The notes beneath the pieces are model-generated. The model was not told the origin of the DNA and searched no databases. It saw only the letters and a program-made list of their open reading frames with translations. 64,000 bases of DNA from assembly GCF_009914755.1 (NCBI RefSeq), contig NC_060928.1; one strand, written 5' to 3'. The stretch is from the human T2T-CHM13v2.0 reference genome, Homo sapiens. Positions 15,186-32,100 of this stretch are shown one piece after another. Position 1 is the stretch's first letter. Each line of letters begins with the position of its first letter. A program made the translations under genes and the position numbers.

Positions 15186-16504
15186 ATTAGAAAACTAATT
15201 ACATTGTTTTCTTAAAATGTTTTAAGCATCTCTCTTCCTCAAGGACAAGAATCTTGAATCCTTAGTGCATATGAGGTACTTAATAGATATTTAAATGAAT
15301 AGTGAGCTACTATTGCCTAAAAATATTAGACATCATGTAATATCAGGCCTACAGTTGATAGAAAAAGTATTCTCAACTAAGAATAATTTACCAATGGAGA
15401 AAACTGTTAGTTTTCCCTTCTTTTTCTTTGCTTTATAAAATTTAAATGACATTAAGAGTTACGTTTCTTGGAAAATTGAAAAGAATATCTGTGGCACAAT
15501 GGGCTCTGGGTATAATTGCAGGATAATTTGAAAAGTTTAAAGAATATTTTCAATAGGTATAAGTTTATTTAGGCTCTGTGTCTCCTCTTGAGATGACTTT
15601 AGCAGTATATATTTCCCTGGAACACCATGCACTCTAGGTTTTCTAATTTATTGGTTTAAAATACATGGCATTTTACTACGTAAATATTCTCTGTATCTGT
15701 AGGTACAGCACCTCTGTGTACACTAAGTTAGTGTATGTATTTTTTTAAAATTGCCTTAGTTTTGCTATTCACTAGATTATTTTCCAAGGAACCTACTCTT
15801 AGATTTATTAAGCCTACTATATATATTTTGTTATTAACTAATTCTCTTATTTTTAAAAATTACTTTTCCTTTCTTTGCTTAAATTTGCTTTGTTTTCCTA
15901 AATTAGTGATTTGGAATACTTAATTGTTTTTATTTTGTTTTGTTTTGTCAATAAAAGAGTTTTAAGACTCTAGTTATACTATAGCTATAGCCAATGCATT
16001 TTGAGAGGTGCTTACATATTACAATTATTTTCAGAAATTCCTTATTTCAAAGCTTTGCTTTCTTTGAACAAAGAGTTATTTAGGAAAAGAAAGGAATAAA
16101 AATCTCAACTTATTCTCCACTTGACTAGCTTTATTATTTGCAGTATTCTGTTTTTTACTTCTTCTAATACTTCTTTATATTTTGTTGTGGAATTATGTCA
16201 CCTAACAATATTTTCCTTAACTTCTTAATTTTAGCCTGTTTTCCAAGTTAATCATTTATCTGTTGTTTCAATGAATACCTAAGAAAATTTTCTTTGTCAG
16301 GATAAGGCACATGAGGTCTAAGATTTATTTCTAGAACAGTAAGCAAATCATTTCTGAAAGTGTGTTCTTCTACTATTAAGTAACATGTTTATTTTTGTCT
16401 TTTAGTTGAAGTCCCCCCCAACCCAATAGGTACTATTCTGATTTGTTCTCCTATTCACACATTCTTGAAGGAGAGCTGATTTATCTGTACCCACAAAATT
16501 ATAA

Positions 16505-16838
<334 letters not shown>

Positions 16839-18694
16839 GAAAACATTATCTTAATGGAGCATTTAGAACGTTATCACTGACAAACTTTTTTCTATTGAAA
16901 ATACTGCTTAAAAGATCAGGTCATGCCCACCCCACAACCCACACCCTTTGTATTTCTCTTTTACTTGTCTTGGCCTCTAGTTCAGATTTATAGTTTGGTA
17001 ATGTCTGATTTTCTTTGTTAGTGCTTCAGCCCATCTGGTTGGGGAACAGCTCTATCCCACTGGGACCTCTCCCTTTCCTCATGAGTGACGCCAGGGTCCT
17101 GCTGCCCATAAGCATTCTGTTTGCTGAGTTTGTATATATTTCCTTTCCCCAGCTTCGCTGCCTTTGGCTGCTTTGTGATTAAGTAAGACATACCCATGTT
17201 TCCTAAAGCCTCCTTCGCCTTTAGTCCTTGATGCTGGGGACCTTTTGGTTGGGAAGACAGCTTCCTTATGTCAGGGTGAGCCTGCTACACAGGTATGTAA
17301 CTCAGACAGTGACCTACTGTTGAGTTTCTGTTTAGTGTTTCTTTGTCTCCCTCAAATGGTACAAACGTGGAGGGCTTCAACTGCAGTCTACCTTTGTCCT
17401 GTTAGTTTTGTCTATCACAGCCCATGCCCTCCAAATAAGAGATGATGGAGCAGTCTGCTTATTTTCTGTAGCACTCCACAACTGACTTTAAAAGAGGGAC
17501 TGGGATTGGGCTCTTAGTGATGACTTTTAATGTGGATTCATCTGCATTTTCTCTAGAAATTCTTTAAACTCTCTGCCTCTCAGCTGGCACTATTCCATGG
17601 TATTTTAGTGCTAATGGGGGATCTTTTCTAATTTTTGTTTTTCTTTGACTGTTTAAATCATTTACTGGAAAGAGGGCTTAGATATCTGCTCATATGCTCC
17701 TGCTAGTCTACAAGTCCTCCAGCCTGATTTTGTTCATGAACATGATGGAAATAAGCTTCTTAAATGCCTTTAATATTGGATACTGCTTTCAAGGAAATTT
17801 AAAATAGCAAGCAGGCTTTCAAGAAGAGAGAATAAATTATCAGCCAGTCTCGCAAGAACAAAAATAAGCCAAGTCATATAAAACAAGTTTGGAGTAAACT
17901 TGTTTTTACATTTCAAATTCGAGTTGAACTCTTCAAGTGAAGCTTCAGAGATATAAAAAACTTTAACTGATAAAGATTCCAAACATTAATATATGGAAAT
18001 GTATGAGCTCACTGAAAATTTTACATAAATTTTACTAGAAGAGGTGACTGACCAGTTGCTTTTATAAGATTCTCAAAAAGATCTCAAATCTTAGGGACTA
18101 ATATTGTAAGTATACGGGGAAATTAAGACAAAGATTTACTATCTTGTGAGTTTTTAGTTTGGATAATGAACTTAATTTCACAAGAAATTGCTTTAGCACA
18201 AACATGAAAACCTTAAGCATGAGAACTCTCCTTTTGAAGTACAAAGGGAGACTAAAGTGAATAACTCAAACTGGAAATGTAGAAAATTGAATTTGCTATG
18301 ATTTGAAGTCCTTTCAGAATAGCCAACAGATTTTAAACAAGAGTTTTATTGCATAGTTTCTTTGGGATATACATTGAAGGAGAAAGGAGGAGGGAGTTTT
18401 AAAAGACAAGTGGAAAGCCCTTTCTGCTTGTTTTGGCTATGGCTTCCATTTCAGTGTCTGTATTTAAGGGATCATAAAAGGAACTGGAAAGACTGGTCAC
18501 AATGGCAGCTCTGTACCTGTATGATTTCGGATGTGAAAAGAGTTTAGCGATTTCCTTGTTAACCTATACTGCTGTGGAAGTCATTCATTATGCAGTTAGG
18601 CATTAGCAGAACAAATAAAGTTCACAGCTCTAGGAACCAAATTTAACTTTATCACTCTTCTGATTTAGAATATTTTCATATGCTTTCATATGTC

Positions 18695-19227
18695 CTACAG
18701 ACGATAAGAAGATAGAATCAATACTTGGTGATTGATAGGTTATTTTTTAAAAGGGAAGAAAGAATTAAACATCCATGGTTTCTTCTTAAGTAACTGGGGG
18801 GATGATAGTATCCCTCACACCAATGGGGAGTATAGATGACAGGTTTGGAGTGAAAGACAGTGAATTCCATTTTGGATAAGTTGAATTTGAAGTGCCTATG
18901 GGACATACAGGTACAGATGACTAGGAGACAATTGAAAATCCAAATTGTGAACTCTGCTGAAGATTAGAAGTACAGATCTGAGATTAAATTGCTACTTGAG
19001 TTCATGGGAATAAAATAGGTCATTCTGCAAATGGTTATCTCAATATCTTCCTGGCCATCTCTTGGGTCACCTTGCCAACTTTTCATTCTCTTTACAATCT
19101 CTAAATTCTCATGTTTTTAAGGCTCTCATCTTAGGCCAACTTATCTTGGGTCACCTTGCTAACTTTTCATTCTCTTTACAGTCTCTAAATTTGTGCTTTT
19201 AAGGCCCCATTCTCAAGCTGGCTTCTC
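18695..19227 (+). repeat. Local direct duplication B, copy 1 (L2-derived; internal 84-bp tandem duplication)
   Basis: Roughly 90% identical to 20872-21306; tcttgggtcaccttg recurs at 19060 and 19144. Confidence 0.93.
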
Positions 19228-19952
19228 TGTTTTGGTGGGAACTGGTAGCAAACATTCATTTGTAAACAACCCAAATGGCTAGCATTGAGCAGGACTCCCC
19301 AACATACTCCTCTGAATTACATTTTGAGTTATCTGAAGGATCAATATCTCAAACTAGGAAACTGTAGCTTTCTCATTTATTTTCATCATCTAATTATTTT
19401 TCTTGCCTTTAAGTATAAGGGATAGAGACTTGATTGATTTTTATGTACAACAAGTTAAAAAATTTAATTAGGCGTCTTTGCCATTTAATCAGTTTATACT
19501 TCTTGAATCTTTTCCAGTCATCAAAAAGTTGCTGAGCATGCGCAGCTTTACTTACTAGCTTATAGCATGAAGAAGAGTAAAATAGGAGTGGATAAAGGCA
19601 CAGTGGTGAGTAGTCAGTGTTTCCAATTAATCTCAAAGTTTAGGATTAATTTAGCGTGAATTCTGTTCTTTTGTGTCTTCCTGCTTTTTGACGTGGTAAC
19701 CTGCCATAACAAAAGGAAACAGCAGGAAACTTGGTACCAATTAAAACAGTCTTCTTCCCCCAAAGAACGAACTGTCAGCAAACAATCTCAAATTCAAAGT
19801 GATAAGTGTTTTAGAGTGAAACAAGGATAAAGAGACAAGGCTATTAAATTTTAACATCTGCTGGAACACAAAGCGCATGCCAGTAGAATTAAGTTTGGCA
19901 TTTAATAAGATACAATTTGCACATCAGAAATGAAATAGATGCCTCAAGGCAT

Positions 19953-19954
<2 letters not shown>

Positions 19955-20005
<51 letters not shown>
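19955..20005. repeat. (TA)~25 microsatellite
   Basis: Uninterrupted TA run. Confidence 0.99.
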
Positions 20006-20008
<3 letters not shown>

Positions 20009-20871
20009 TGAGCGAGGGGCACTTCTAGCAAAACTGAATACACTGGTATAAATGTCTGCGTGAAAATTTTTTTATCCATTCACTTTTGGTGTGTATTCCA
20101 GCTGTGAGTTATTCAACCAGGCTCACTAAGTTTGAGTCTGATTAATAACGTTTAAGGTCACATCTGATTAACAGTATTTGAAGTTTGAATTTGTTCTAAG
20201 ATGACTCAAGCGCAATAACATTTTCTATATCAAAATGAATTTCCATCCAAATAGGGAGGAAATCTGAAATTTCAGTTCCAGTGTTGACTGAGATGCTCTG
20301 GATGAGCCTGGACTCAGAGCTCACCAACTTTGGATCTTTATGTTAAGTAGTCAGTGGGGTTGACTTCTAGACTAGAGATCAAAATGTTCTACACCTCTTG
20401 ATATAGGTCAGTGGCTGATGTAATGTGCTTCCAACAACTTTCTTTTAACTAAAACAGTACATATACCAAGTTGGTTTGTCACAATGGGAACAAAACAGAA
20501 ATCTGACAACAGATTTCTCTAATTTTTTGTGTGTATGTTTCTGAATGGGCTAAAATACATAATTTTACTCTTCCTTGGTGAAGATGCTTTTATAAGAGGA
20601 CGTGTTTAAGAAAATTAAGAAATGTTGTAGGTAGCCATGAAAGAATTATTTTAAACAGAATTAGTATAGAGGTGTGAAGATCTACTGAAGGGTGATAAGT
20701 AAGTGTGGAAGAGATGGTGTTCAGCATTGGGCTTCAGTATGAATAGGTAGAAGATGAGCAAGGCTTAGAGACAAGAAGTTCATTCAATAGGCTGTTGCGG
20801 TTATCCAGCAATGAGATGGTGACAGCATGAGCCATGGTAGTAAAAGTAAGGACATGGATAATTTGTGGGTT

Positions 20872-21306
20872 CTACAGACAATAAGAACATAGAACCGATA
20901 GGTTATTTTTTAAACGGGAAGAAAGAATTAAACATCCATGGTTTCTTCTTAAGTAACTGCGTGGATGATAGTACCCCTCACACTGATGGGGAATGTAGAT
21001 GACAGGTTTGGAGTGAAAGAATGAATTCCATTTTGGATAAGTAGAGTTTGAAGTGCCTATGGGACATACAGGTACAGATGACTAGGAGACGATTGAAAAT
21101 CCAAATTGTGAACTCTGCTGAAGGTTAGAAGTATAGATCTGAGATTGAATTGCTACTTGAGTTCATGGGAATAAAATAGGTCATTCAGTAAATTGTTATC
21201 TCAATATCTTCCTGGCCATCTCTTGGGTCACCTTGTTGACTTTTCATTCTCTTTACAATGTCAAAATTCTGGTGTTTTTAAGGCCCCAATCTCAGGCTGG
21301 CTTCTC
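20872..21306 (+). repeat. Local direct duplication B, copy 2
   Basis: Matches 18695-19227. Confidence 0.93.
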
Positions 21307-22360
21307 CAACTGTACTCTTACTTGGGATGATCTTATCTAGTCATGGGGCATTAAATACCATTGGTAGGTTAACACAGTTCACAATTTTCTCCAGCTTAGA
21401 CCCCTTGCTGATTTCCTGACTTGTACACTCAACTGCCTGCCTAATATACCCACTTTAATGATAATGTACATCTCAAACTGAGCTTATTCGAAATAGAAGC
21501 CTTAATTTTTCTGTCAGTCATATTGTTCCCATTTACCCATCCTAACAAATAGCACCATCATCAACCTTTTAGCTCAAGACAAAACTCTAGGCATTATCTT
21601 GCTTTCATTCCTTTCATGTACTTTCTCACATCTAATCCATTACCAAGTTGTTCTGTTTCTGCCTTCAAAATGTGTCCTAAATTTATCCATTTCTCTGCCA
21701 CTGCTATTCTCTAGTTCAGGACATTCTATCCTTTCTCTTGTATTACTGCGGTCTCTAAACTTCATGTATCTATGTTTTATACTTTTAATTCATTGTCTAT
21801 ACAGCTACCAGAGTGATCTTTTAAAGGTCTAAATCAGTTCATGTCACTGCTTTATATATAATGCACCTATGGCTTCCCACTGGATTTAAATAATAATCTT
21901 AACACTTTACTCCTCCATGGCCTTTACATACTTCTAGCCGCACCTCAAAACACTCCTCTTGTTCACTGAGAACTAACTAGACCAGTTTCTCTTCTCCTCA
22001 GCTATATCATGCTAATTTATGCTTCAGTGCCTTTTGTACTTTTGTTCCCTCTAGCTGAATCATTCTTCCAGGTCATTCTATCATTGGCTTTTTCATTCAG
22101 TTCAGATAGATATCAGCAAATCAAGAGAGTCTTTCCTTACCTGCTCTATCTAAATAGTCCTGTTTTAGTCCTCTTTATCTCATCACTCAGATTTATTTCC
22201 CTCATAGCACTCATCAGTCTGAAATTGTTTGTTTATTTGGCTACTTGTTTGTCTAGATAAACTTCACTGGTGAAGGAATCCAGACTATCTTGTTCATCCC
22301 TACATCCCTAGAACCTAGAACAATATGTTAAAGATAAATAAATAAATAGATGAAAGAATG
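21300..22360 (+). mobile_element. L2 LINE 3' portion
   Basis: catctcaaactgagctt..., aaatcagttcatgtcact..., ending gactatcttgttcatccctacatccctagaacctagaacaa. Confidence 0.75.
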
Positions 22361-23598
22361 TTGAAGAGAAGAGGGTCCAGTCCAGCCCCCTGAGGTGACC
22401 AGCATTTAGGGAATAAGCCGAGGCAGAGGAGGGCCATTAAGAAGGAGCAATGAGAGATAGAGGAAAACTAAGAACAAGGTGTCCCTAAAGTGAGAGTGTC
22501 CTAACACAGGTCTAAATGAAAGGATAGTTCAGAAGAGGGCACTGCAGCTGGCTGAAAGAGAACAAGAAAGGCTGTAAGGTGGAGGTGAATTTTTAATTGA
22601 GCCGTGAAAGATAGGGAAATTCTGTATGAAGGAGTAAATGGAGGCATAGAGGCATAGAGGCAGAAGATGCATGCCTGTTTGGGGAATAGTCATCCCATTT
22701 GTCTTTCACATATCTCATTTAATACTTCTCATTTAATCCTTTTAGTGTTAATGTTGTCACTAGATTAAAAAACAAAGGCTCCATCAGGATCACACAGTAA
22801 ACAGAAGAATATGGATTTAAATGGAGATCTATCTGACTGCAAAGACTACTTACTGTAACTTAAGTCATTGAGATTCCTTATGGCCACCTCATATTCACCC
22901 TGCATATAACAGTATGCCAATGTAGGAATGAGGCGTGAATAAGCAGGGTAACAATAGAAACATATTCTCACCTTGATTATTCCTTTGGTAGCTTCAAGGG
23001 AAATTGAGTTTGAGGATAAAGTAACTCTTCCCATGTCAGCACTTTATCTGTCCTGAAACATGAGAAATTCCAAATGTTCAAGCCATGCAGTTTTTATCTA
23101 GTCAGATGGTTGAGAAGTCCAGGTTACCCATAGTTGTAATGAATACCTCCTCTTTATCTTCTTAATGTTCTGCTTTGCCAAATGATCTATAAAGATTACT
23201 CAGTGTACCTTTCAGATTGAGGTCCAGCAGACTTTCAGAACACTACATTTAATTACAGAAACCCAACTAATAAAATAATAAGCTCATGTTAGTTTCAGGT
23301 GTTGATTTGTTTTTAATGTAGTCAATAATATTTACATATAATGACTGGCAACTTAACAGAGTTATAATAGATTATTCACCTGTATTTGCCTTTATTTGTG
23401 GGTATACACACATATATACATGCCTTAAACTAGAGTAAAATCATTTATGCATACTAAATCAAATTTGAGAGTCCCAAAATTTTCAAATTGTGTATGGCTG
23501 GTCTATATTTTCTAGGACTGTCCTTTCTGGTTTAAATGAAATTAAAAATTGAATTAATGATATTAGTCTCTTTTAATTTTCTATTTTTTTCATGATTA

Positions 23599-23967
<369 letters not shown>

Positions 23968-24777
23968 TTACAAATGCATCTGCTCATCTACTTCTTTTTA
24001 AGTGCATAAACTAGTTTTACAAGCTTGAGTTTAAATCTTAACTCCTCAATTCTTTTTCTGACATAGAAATATACAGGTGCATTATGAAATAGCTAATAGT
24101 GACTATTTTCTAGGGCTGTAACTCAATATTTATAAGCATAATGATATAACCTGCTGAAGTTTGACACGTCAGTATAGTTCTTTTGTTATTCTAAGTCATA
24201 AAGGCAGAATTTGGAAAAATTCACAGCTTTTCAAATATGCAGAAGAGGAAAAATTGAGAGGAAGCATACTAAAATTTCTTTAGCCAATTTTAATCAAATT
24301 GAGTTTGAAACTTACAGGATTATGCTTCAAAGCTTGTAATGATCGTCAAAAGTAGCCTTATTCAAAATGACACACTAATTTCTACCACATCTGTATTCTT
24401 CTCATTGTAAGATGTTACATATACCTATGCTTGACCAAATGGACTTCCTGCTATTTTAAGATATTTTTCTGTGTTTTAAGTCTTTCTACAAATTTTCTCA
24501 AGCATTTCCCTTTACCTAGGATGTTCTTCTTTCACTGCAAGTGAAGACATTCTAAAAATTCCTAAAGCACACTACCAAAAGCCCTTCATTTGGATGACCC
24601 ACCTTCCTATGAGTCTCCATAGTTGCATGTCTGATGGCATTTATTTTAACTCTATGATCTGCTTCTAAATTAGATAAAAGCTCTCAGAGAGAACTATGAC
24701 CAATTGTCATTCTGTTTCCCATGGCACCTAGTACAGTACTCTGCTCACAGGCTCAATAAGTAATGAGTTGAGCTACG

Positions 24778-25030
24778 TTTTTTTAAGGCAGAGTCTCCCT
24801 CTGTCGCCCAGGGTGGAGTACAGTGGTGCAATCTCTGCTCACTGCAACCTCTGCTGCTGGGTTCAAGTGATTCTCCTGTCTCAGACTCCCGAGTAGCTGG
24901 GACTATACCACCATGCCACCATGCCTGGCTAACTTTTAGTAGAAACAAGGTTTCACCATGTTGGCCAGGCTGGTCTCCAACTCCTGGCCTCAAGTGATCC
25001 ACCTGCCTTGGCCTCATAAAGTGCTAGGAC
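24778..25030 (-). mobile_element. Alu with internal deletions
   Basis: Reverse-complement Alu arms. Confidence 0.9.
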
Positions 25031-25047
25031 AAAAGTTTGCCATTGTC

Positions 25048-26115
<1,068 letters not shown>

Positions 26116-29100
26116 GCCATAGGCAGTGATAAGAATATGATGCTTTTTTCCAGAAAATGCTACATGAGACCTTTTTATAAAATCTAATTTTCTTCAACTG
26201 AGTAGCATTTAAACTAAAAAGAATAGGTTATTTCAGTGTCTCTCTGTAATAACATCTTACAATCACTTGTCAGACCATGAAATAATGTTCTAGAAAATCA
26301 GTGAAAGAGCTTTTTAAACTTTGTGACATTTGACTTATATTTATTACCAAAAAGCCTGAATTATTATTCAGCACATTATAATTTTATTTAAAATTTAAAT
26401 TAGAGATGAAATACTTGTAAATGTTTATAAGATTGGTAGCTGTGTGGGCTTCCAGAGTTAGAAATGCCTCTGAGAAAAGATTTAGAGTTTTGAAAGTATT
26501 TTGAAAAAAGAAACAGAAAGGAATACAACATTTTTCCCAGCACTGCTTCAATAATGCAGTCTTCAGCATCATCTCAAAGCAATAACTGCAGTACAGATGA
26601 GATCAGCCAGTTTTTTTTTCCCCCTTATCTGCAGTGATTTTACCATCTCTTCATGCTACATCTTACCACAAAGAGAACATTGAAACATGGGAAAGAGTTT
26701 GCTTTGATTTCAACCAGAATGCCAACTCATTTCTGGGGTTCTAAACCATAACCTTTTTTAGCAGAGCAGTGTAGAATTTTTATACGATACCATAAATGGT
26801 CGGCCTGAGTAACATTTTAACTGTAAGTCAATACCTTTGAAGAGACATGTCTGACAACTCAGAGTTCTATTTTCTCCATGTGTGACTAAAGTACCTTTTC
26901 TATTAAGAGATCAACCACCATTTCCTTCTACTCTTTGTTCTCCCCTTAAATAAAGTTAATTCAGCTTCAAAATATTTTATGATCTTGATTACTAACTGTG
27001 GGTCTTTAGAAGACAATGTAAAACATTTCCATGCTGTGAATATTAGAGCTAGTATACTTGGAGTTTGGCTAGTATTTCTGGGGGAGGTAGAAGAGGAGAC
27101 ATAGAGTACAAATGAGTATTTTTAAAGCCACGCTGACTAAAACAAAAGGAATGTTTTATACATGTTTATTTCATAGTACTTCTTTGAAACAGGTCGGGGG
27201 GAGGAGAGTTAAAATATTGCTTTGAATTTTAATCAAAGTTCTTTCATGGAATTGTTGGTGCTTCTGGTAATAACAGTTCTATAATCTTTGTGAGTTAATC
27301 TGAAATGCTCTTTTTCTTCATCGTAATTCAGTGCTTGTCTTAACTGGTGGACTTATTTTATGGTATTATGTTTATAAGATGGCAACTAAAATCAGATTTT
27401 TTATACTCCTAAAAGATGGATACGATAGAGGGGAAAGGGGGTAAGCTACAACTTTTAGGTTGTTGGTGATATTTGAAGTGTTTATTGCTTCTGATTTACA
27501 TTTATATATTATATTCAAATATAAACTTTAAAAGTAATGATTTGCCACAGGTTAAAGCAGAACATTTATATGATATTTCCTAGATGTTTTCCTCTACAAT
27601 CCTGTTTTTGTTCTATGAAAAATGCCATAAACTTGGATCATTCACTAATTAATTTGAAGCTGTTTTCAAACAAAAAGCTAATTCATCTTTTAGCGGATTT
27701 AGTTATAATCGTGATAACAGATGTATAGCTAAGTCTGTTGGACAAACTGTTGGTCACATCAATCTTAAATGCATCATACAGCGTGATGTGAATTTATGAT
27801 ATTTCCTAGGTAATGTTAAGGTTATATGGAAATTTCTTTGCAGGTAGTTAAGTCTTATTTTGAATTCAAATGTTATTTTCAATACATACGTGGAAGTGTA
27901 TTTTTTGTTTGTCCTAAATGTTTAGATTTTTTGAGTTTACAATTTTTTTGTGTGTTCTTTCTTTGTTCTTGCCCCTCCCTGCATTCTCTATGAAGATACA
28001 TGTCAGCACTATGCAACACTAAAATAACAATCAACCAAATTATATCCTATGAACAGACCTTTCTCTTCATTTCAAAGGCATAACTTGGATGGTCTGTTTA
28101 GCTCATGGTGAAAAAAAAAAGTTATGATTTTGTATTTGGGCAAAGTACAGGTGAAGAGCGTGAATCATTAGAACAGCAATATAACTGGAAGAAGATAGTT
28201 TAGTTTTTACAAGTTAAATTTGAAGCTAAAGCAAAACTTGCATAGGTATGTGTCCTTTGCTCTTGAAAATGAACTCAGAACTCTACATCTGAGTGGTTTT
28301 ATGAATTTATACTCTCCTAGTCCACAGGTTCTCATCAGTGCCTCAAGATCTATGCACAGATTAAAATTACATAAGATATCATATACTACATCTGAATTAG
28401 GGTTTTCCAAAGTATGCTATTCCATGGAAATACTGTTTATTCAGGGTGCTCCATAAACAATGATCCTGTGTTTCATTATGTCCAGGAAATGCCACACAGC
28501 ACCTTTCCAGACATCCTATCATCATATTAAAGACTTTGAGGCCATGCATTAAAGAAAGTTTTAAATTAGAAAAAAAATAAGTTTTCTTGCTTGAGCACAG
28601 AACTTTATTTTTTCTCAGGCTGGTTCTCCTTTTTTAAAATTACACGTTAATATCCCAAAGAACCAGTCCCATAGATAGATATCACATATGATAAGAATCT
28701 GTTTCAATGGTGTTGGTGTACATGTGTGTTCAGGTACCTACACATTAGGACACATCTCTAGTTTATTAATACTGCACTTATAAAGAGACATGGTAGAGAC
28801 ATCAAGAAGACATCATTTTAGGGTGGACACCATTGCCTAGGACCTGCTTCTTAATGTCAAAAATTCAGAAACCCAATTTTATCTCTCCCGCAGAGTTGAC
28901 TCGAGTGAAGGAAATTGAGTTGTTTTAATTAAACTCACATGAGATTGATGTTTAAACAAAATTGTAAGTTTATCAATTAATAATCAAGAATTCTGATTTT
29001 TAATTTTCAAAATATTATTTATGTCCACTGTCCAGGGTACTTGCTTTAAGGGCACCCAGTGATTCTTGAAGATGAAGAGTCTTAGGAATATTTATTTTCT

Positions 29101-32100
29101 AGACCTCAATGAAGAAAGCTTTTTAATCATCCTGCCCCATAGAAGAATTTATGTTCCTAGTGATGTGATCATATTGGCCAATCCAGTGTTTCTTTTCCAA
29201 GGACAGTACTGATAAGGAGCACCAAATCTACCTCTTTGTCCTGAACAGATCATCTCCATCTATTCATAGTTTGGCTCAGAAGTTGGACAAGGCTGCATTT
29301 TATATCTACTTCTTCCTCATGTCGGCTATGCCATGCCGTTTCGTTCTTTTAGCTTGTTTACTTATGTGTAAAATGAGGTAAAAATTACACCCTTCAAACC
29401 GAAAGTGGTCTTCGTGATGAGTTATTTAATTGAAGCCCCAGTAGATATTTATCATTGCCAGTTTTAGAGAATCATAGCATTTTAGAACACAAGATGACCT
29501 TAGATGTAATCATGTTCATTCCCCTCGTATTATAAATTTTTAAAAATTGAGATGTGGGGTGGTTGTGACTTGCTCACAAACCCACATTTAGAACCAAAAC
29601 TCAGCATTCTTGTTCTGACTGTGTCTATGTCCTGTAGGTATATGTCTTGTCTTCTCAGTTAAATAATTAAAGATTCTTAAAGATAGAGACCATATTTTAT
29701 GCAACTTCTGGATCCCATAAATTATGTTTCCAGAAGAACCTTTTGTAATGAAAAAATATATATAATGTCTATATTATATATATAGTCTATTACTATTTTG
29801 ATAATCTAAAACATGCTATATAATTTTAGGCGATCTTAACCTATTTATCAGAGCTTTTCAGATCAAAGAAAATTAGAGTAATCTTCATCATGTATGGGAA
29901 CATTGATGTATTTTTCTGATGAACACATGGTTATATGATACTCTTTTAAAGCATCTGTATTACTCTTTCTTCTGATAGACTGGTTATTTTGTTTATGTTA
30001 TGAAATAATGTTGGCAGCTTTTCATTAGAACTGATACATATTGAAATTTCTTAAATTGATAGCTCATGGATGTGCAGTTGGTTTAATGGCATCTCCATTA
30101 TTAATCTTTAAGAAGATCTTCATCTTACTCTCAAAAATAACCGTAATATCCTACAAATTAACTAAAACATGATCATTGCTAGTTGTTCCAAAATAGGAAG
30201 AATAAAAATGACCAGATTGTTATGGTAACCAGTTGATTAAGACTAGATCAATAGGAAAACGAATTTATTCAAGTCTGTACAAAACTTCTCCAAAACATAG
30301 ATGGCATGCCTTTTGAGGCAATGGTAGGGAACAAAATATTTTTGAGAAGGAGCAGATTTTAGGGATACAGTACAGTACATAATTGCCAAAATGCTTGTGT
30401 TACAAGGATTCCTGGTACAGAGTTTTTAAATAAAATGCTAGGTATGTCATGTTTGTTTCACATTAATATTGTAGAGTCCCCTGGGGATGTGACAATTTAG
30501 TTGACCAACTCTAATATAGTTAATTTCTACCTTTTGATAGCTTTGTGGGGTTTTGTTTGTTTGTTTTTTGTTTTGCCATTCTTGATTTTAGGGCTGAAGA
30601 TATGAGACAATGTATCAAACAGTAAAGAATTATGCATTGATTAAGATCATCTTGGTGAATTAGATGTTTATTATATAACTCGACTTTAAGACTTTGTTCA
30701 GATCTCACTATCTTAATGAGATTTACCCTCATTATATAGTATTTAATAGGGCAACCACTCCCCGATACTCTTGATTCCTCGTTAGCTGCCCTATTATTTC
30801 TTTGTTTTTCCCTTAGCACTCAACATTTTCTTACCACACCACATAATTTACTTTCTTATTGTGTTTATTGTTTTTCTCCTCATTAGAATATCAGGTCCAA
30901 GAAGACAGGAGTATTTATCTCTTTTGTTCAGTGGTGTGTTACTGGTGACTACTAGAGTGCCTGACACATAGAATATGTTCAATAAATATTCGTTGCATGA
31001 AAGAATGAATACCTTGACAGATTATTTTTATAACTCTACCAGTGTCATTATATAACTACACTGAATGATTATGAGCCCTCCTAGAAATTACATAAAGTTC
31101 TTATATATTATTAGAACCCATTTGTTGGCCTTATGTAATGGTTCTATTGGAAAAATCATACCTCCGTATATAAAAATGAAAGTATTTTTTTTCTACAATT
31201 GCCCCTCATATATACTATTATAGTCTCCTTCACCCCATTCAGCCATTAATGTCTTCTTGACCAGGTAACATAATTTTTACAGCACCTTTTGGTTATTAGA
31301 ACAATTTTATTTGTCTTTCAAACTCAGTCCTATTCATTTTAAAACTCCCAACTCAAGCCTGAGTCAGTGTTCTTCTCCCAGCACAAACTTAAACACTGGC
31401 TCCAACCCTTGGAGTTGAAAGTAGGGGAGCCTCACTCCTGATACCTCCCCTCCCCCTCTACCGTGAGCACCAGTGCCTAGGAGATTGGGCAGGACTGAGG
31501 AAGGATGAAAAGGAGCTCAGGGCTCCTTAAGCACCTGAACAAGACTGGAGGACTTTGGATGTTGCTATTTTTCTGCCTGGCATTGACTGGCTATTGGACG
31601 CCCTCTGTGAGGCAGGCATCCGAATACTGGCTTTCTTGACATATATGGAGCGTTCTTTAGAGAGGCCTACAAGGGCTCTCACTGCACAGTACCCTGATAG
31701 GAGAGATCTGTCCTTATTTCTTCTATCACCATAGCTACTTCAGCTTTGCCTGCTGAGTCCACCCCACAGTCTCTTTCTGCTGGGGCATCCTTGCCCTGGA
31801 CAGATTCTTAGAGCATGACCAAGCCTAAACAACTTCTGCAATTTTTCTAAGTACACTTTTATTTAATTGAAAGTTTCAAGCATTGGATAATATAAATGTA
31901 TCCTAGACAGTGTTCCAGTAAGGACAACCAGCTCACAATTATCCATTCTAATAATGGGAGTCAACTGAAATAGAAAAATATAGATTTTTAAAATAATTTA
32001 TGAGAAACAAATATTTGTGACACAGTACATTTCTAATTATGTTTATCTTTATTATTATTATTATCGTTTCCTTCAGTACACACTAGTTTGGTGAGACTTG

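Noticed and set aside
19680-20220. Scattered AP-1, GATA, ETS and CRE-like words suggesting an enhancer
   Set aside because: Short motifs occur at chance frequency; needs chromatin data.
31590-31615. CTCF-like motif (reverse complement cctcacagagggcgtcc)
   Set aside because: The 5' half fits the consensus poorly; a single motif is not enough.
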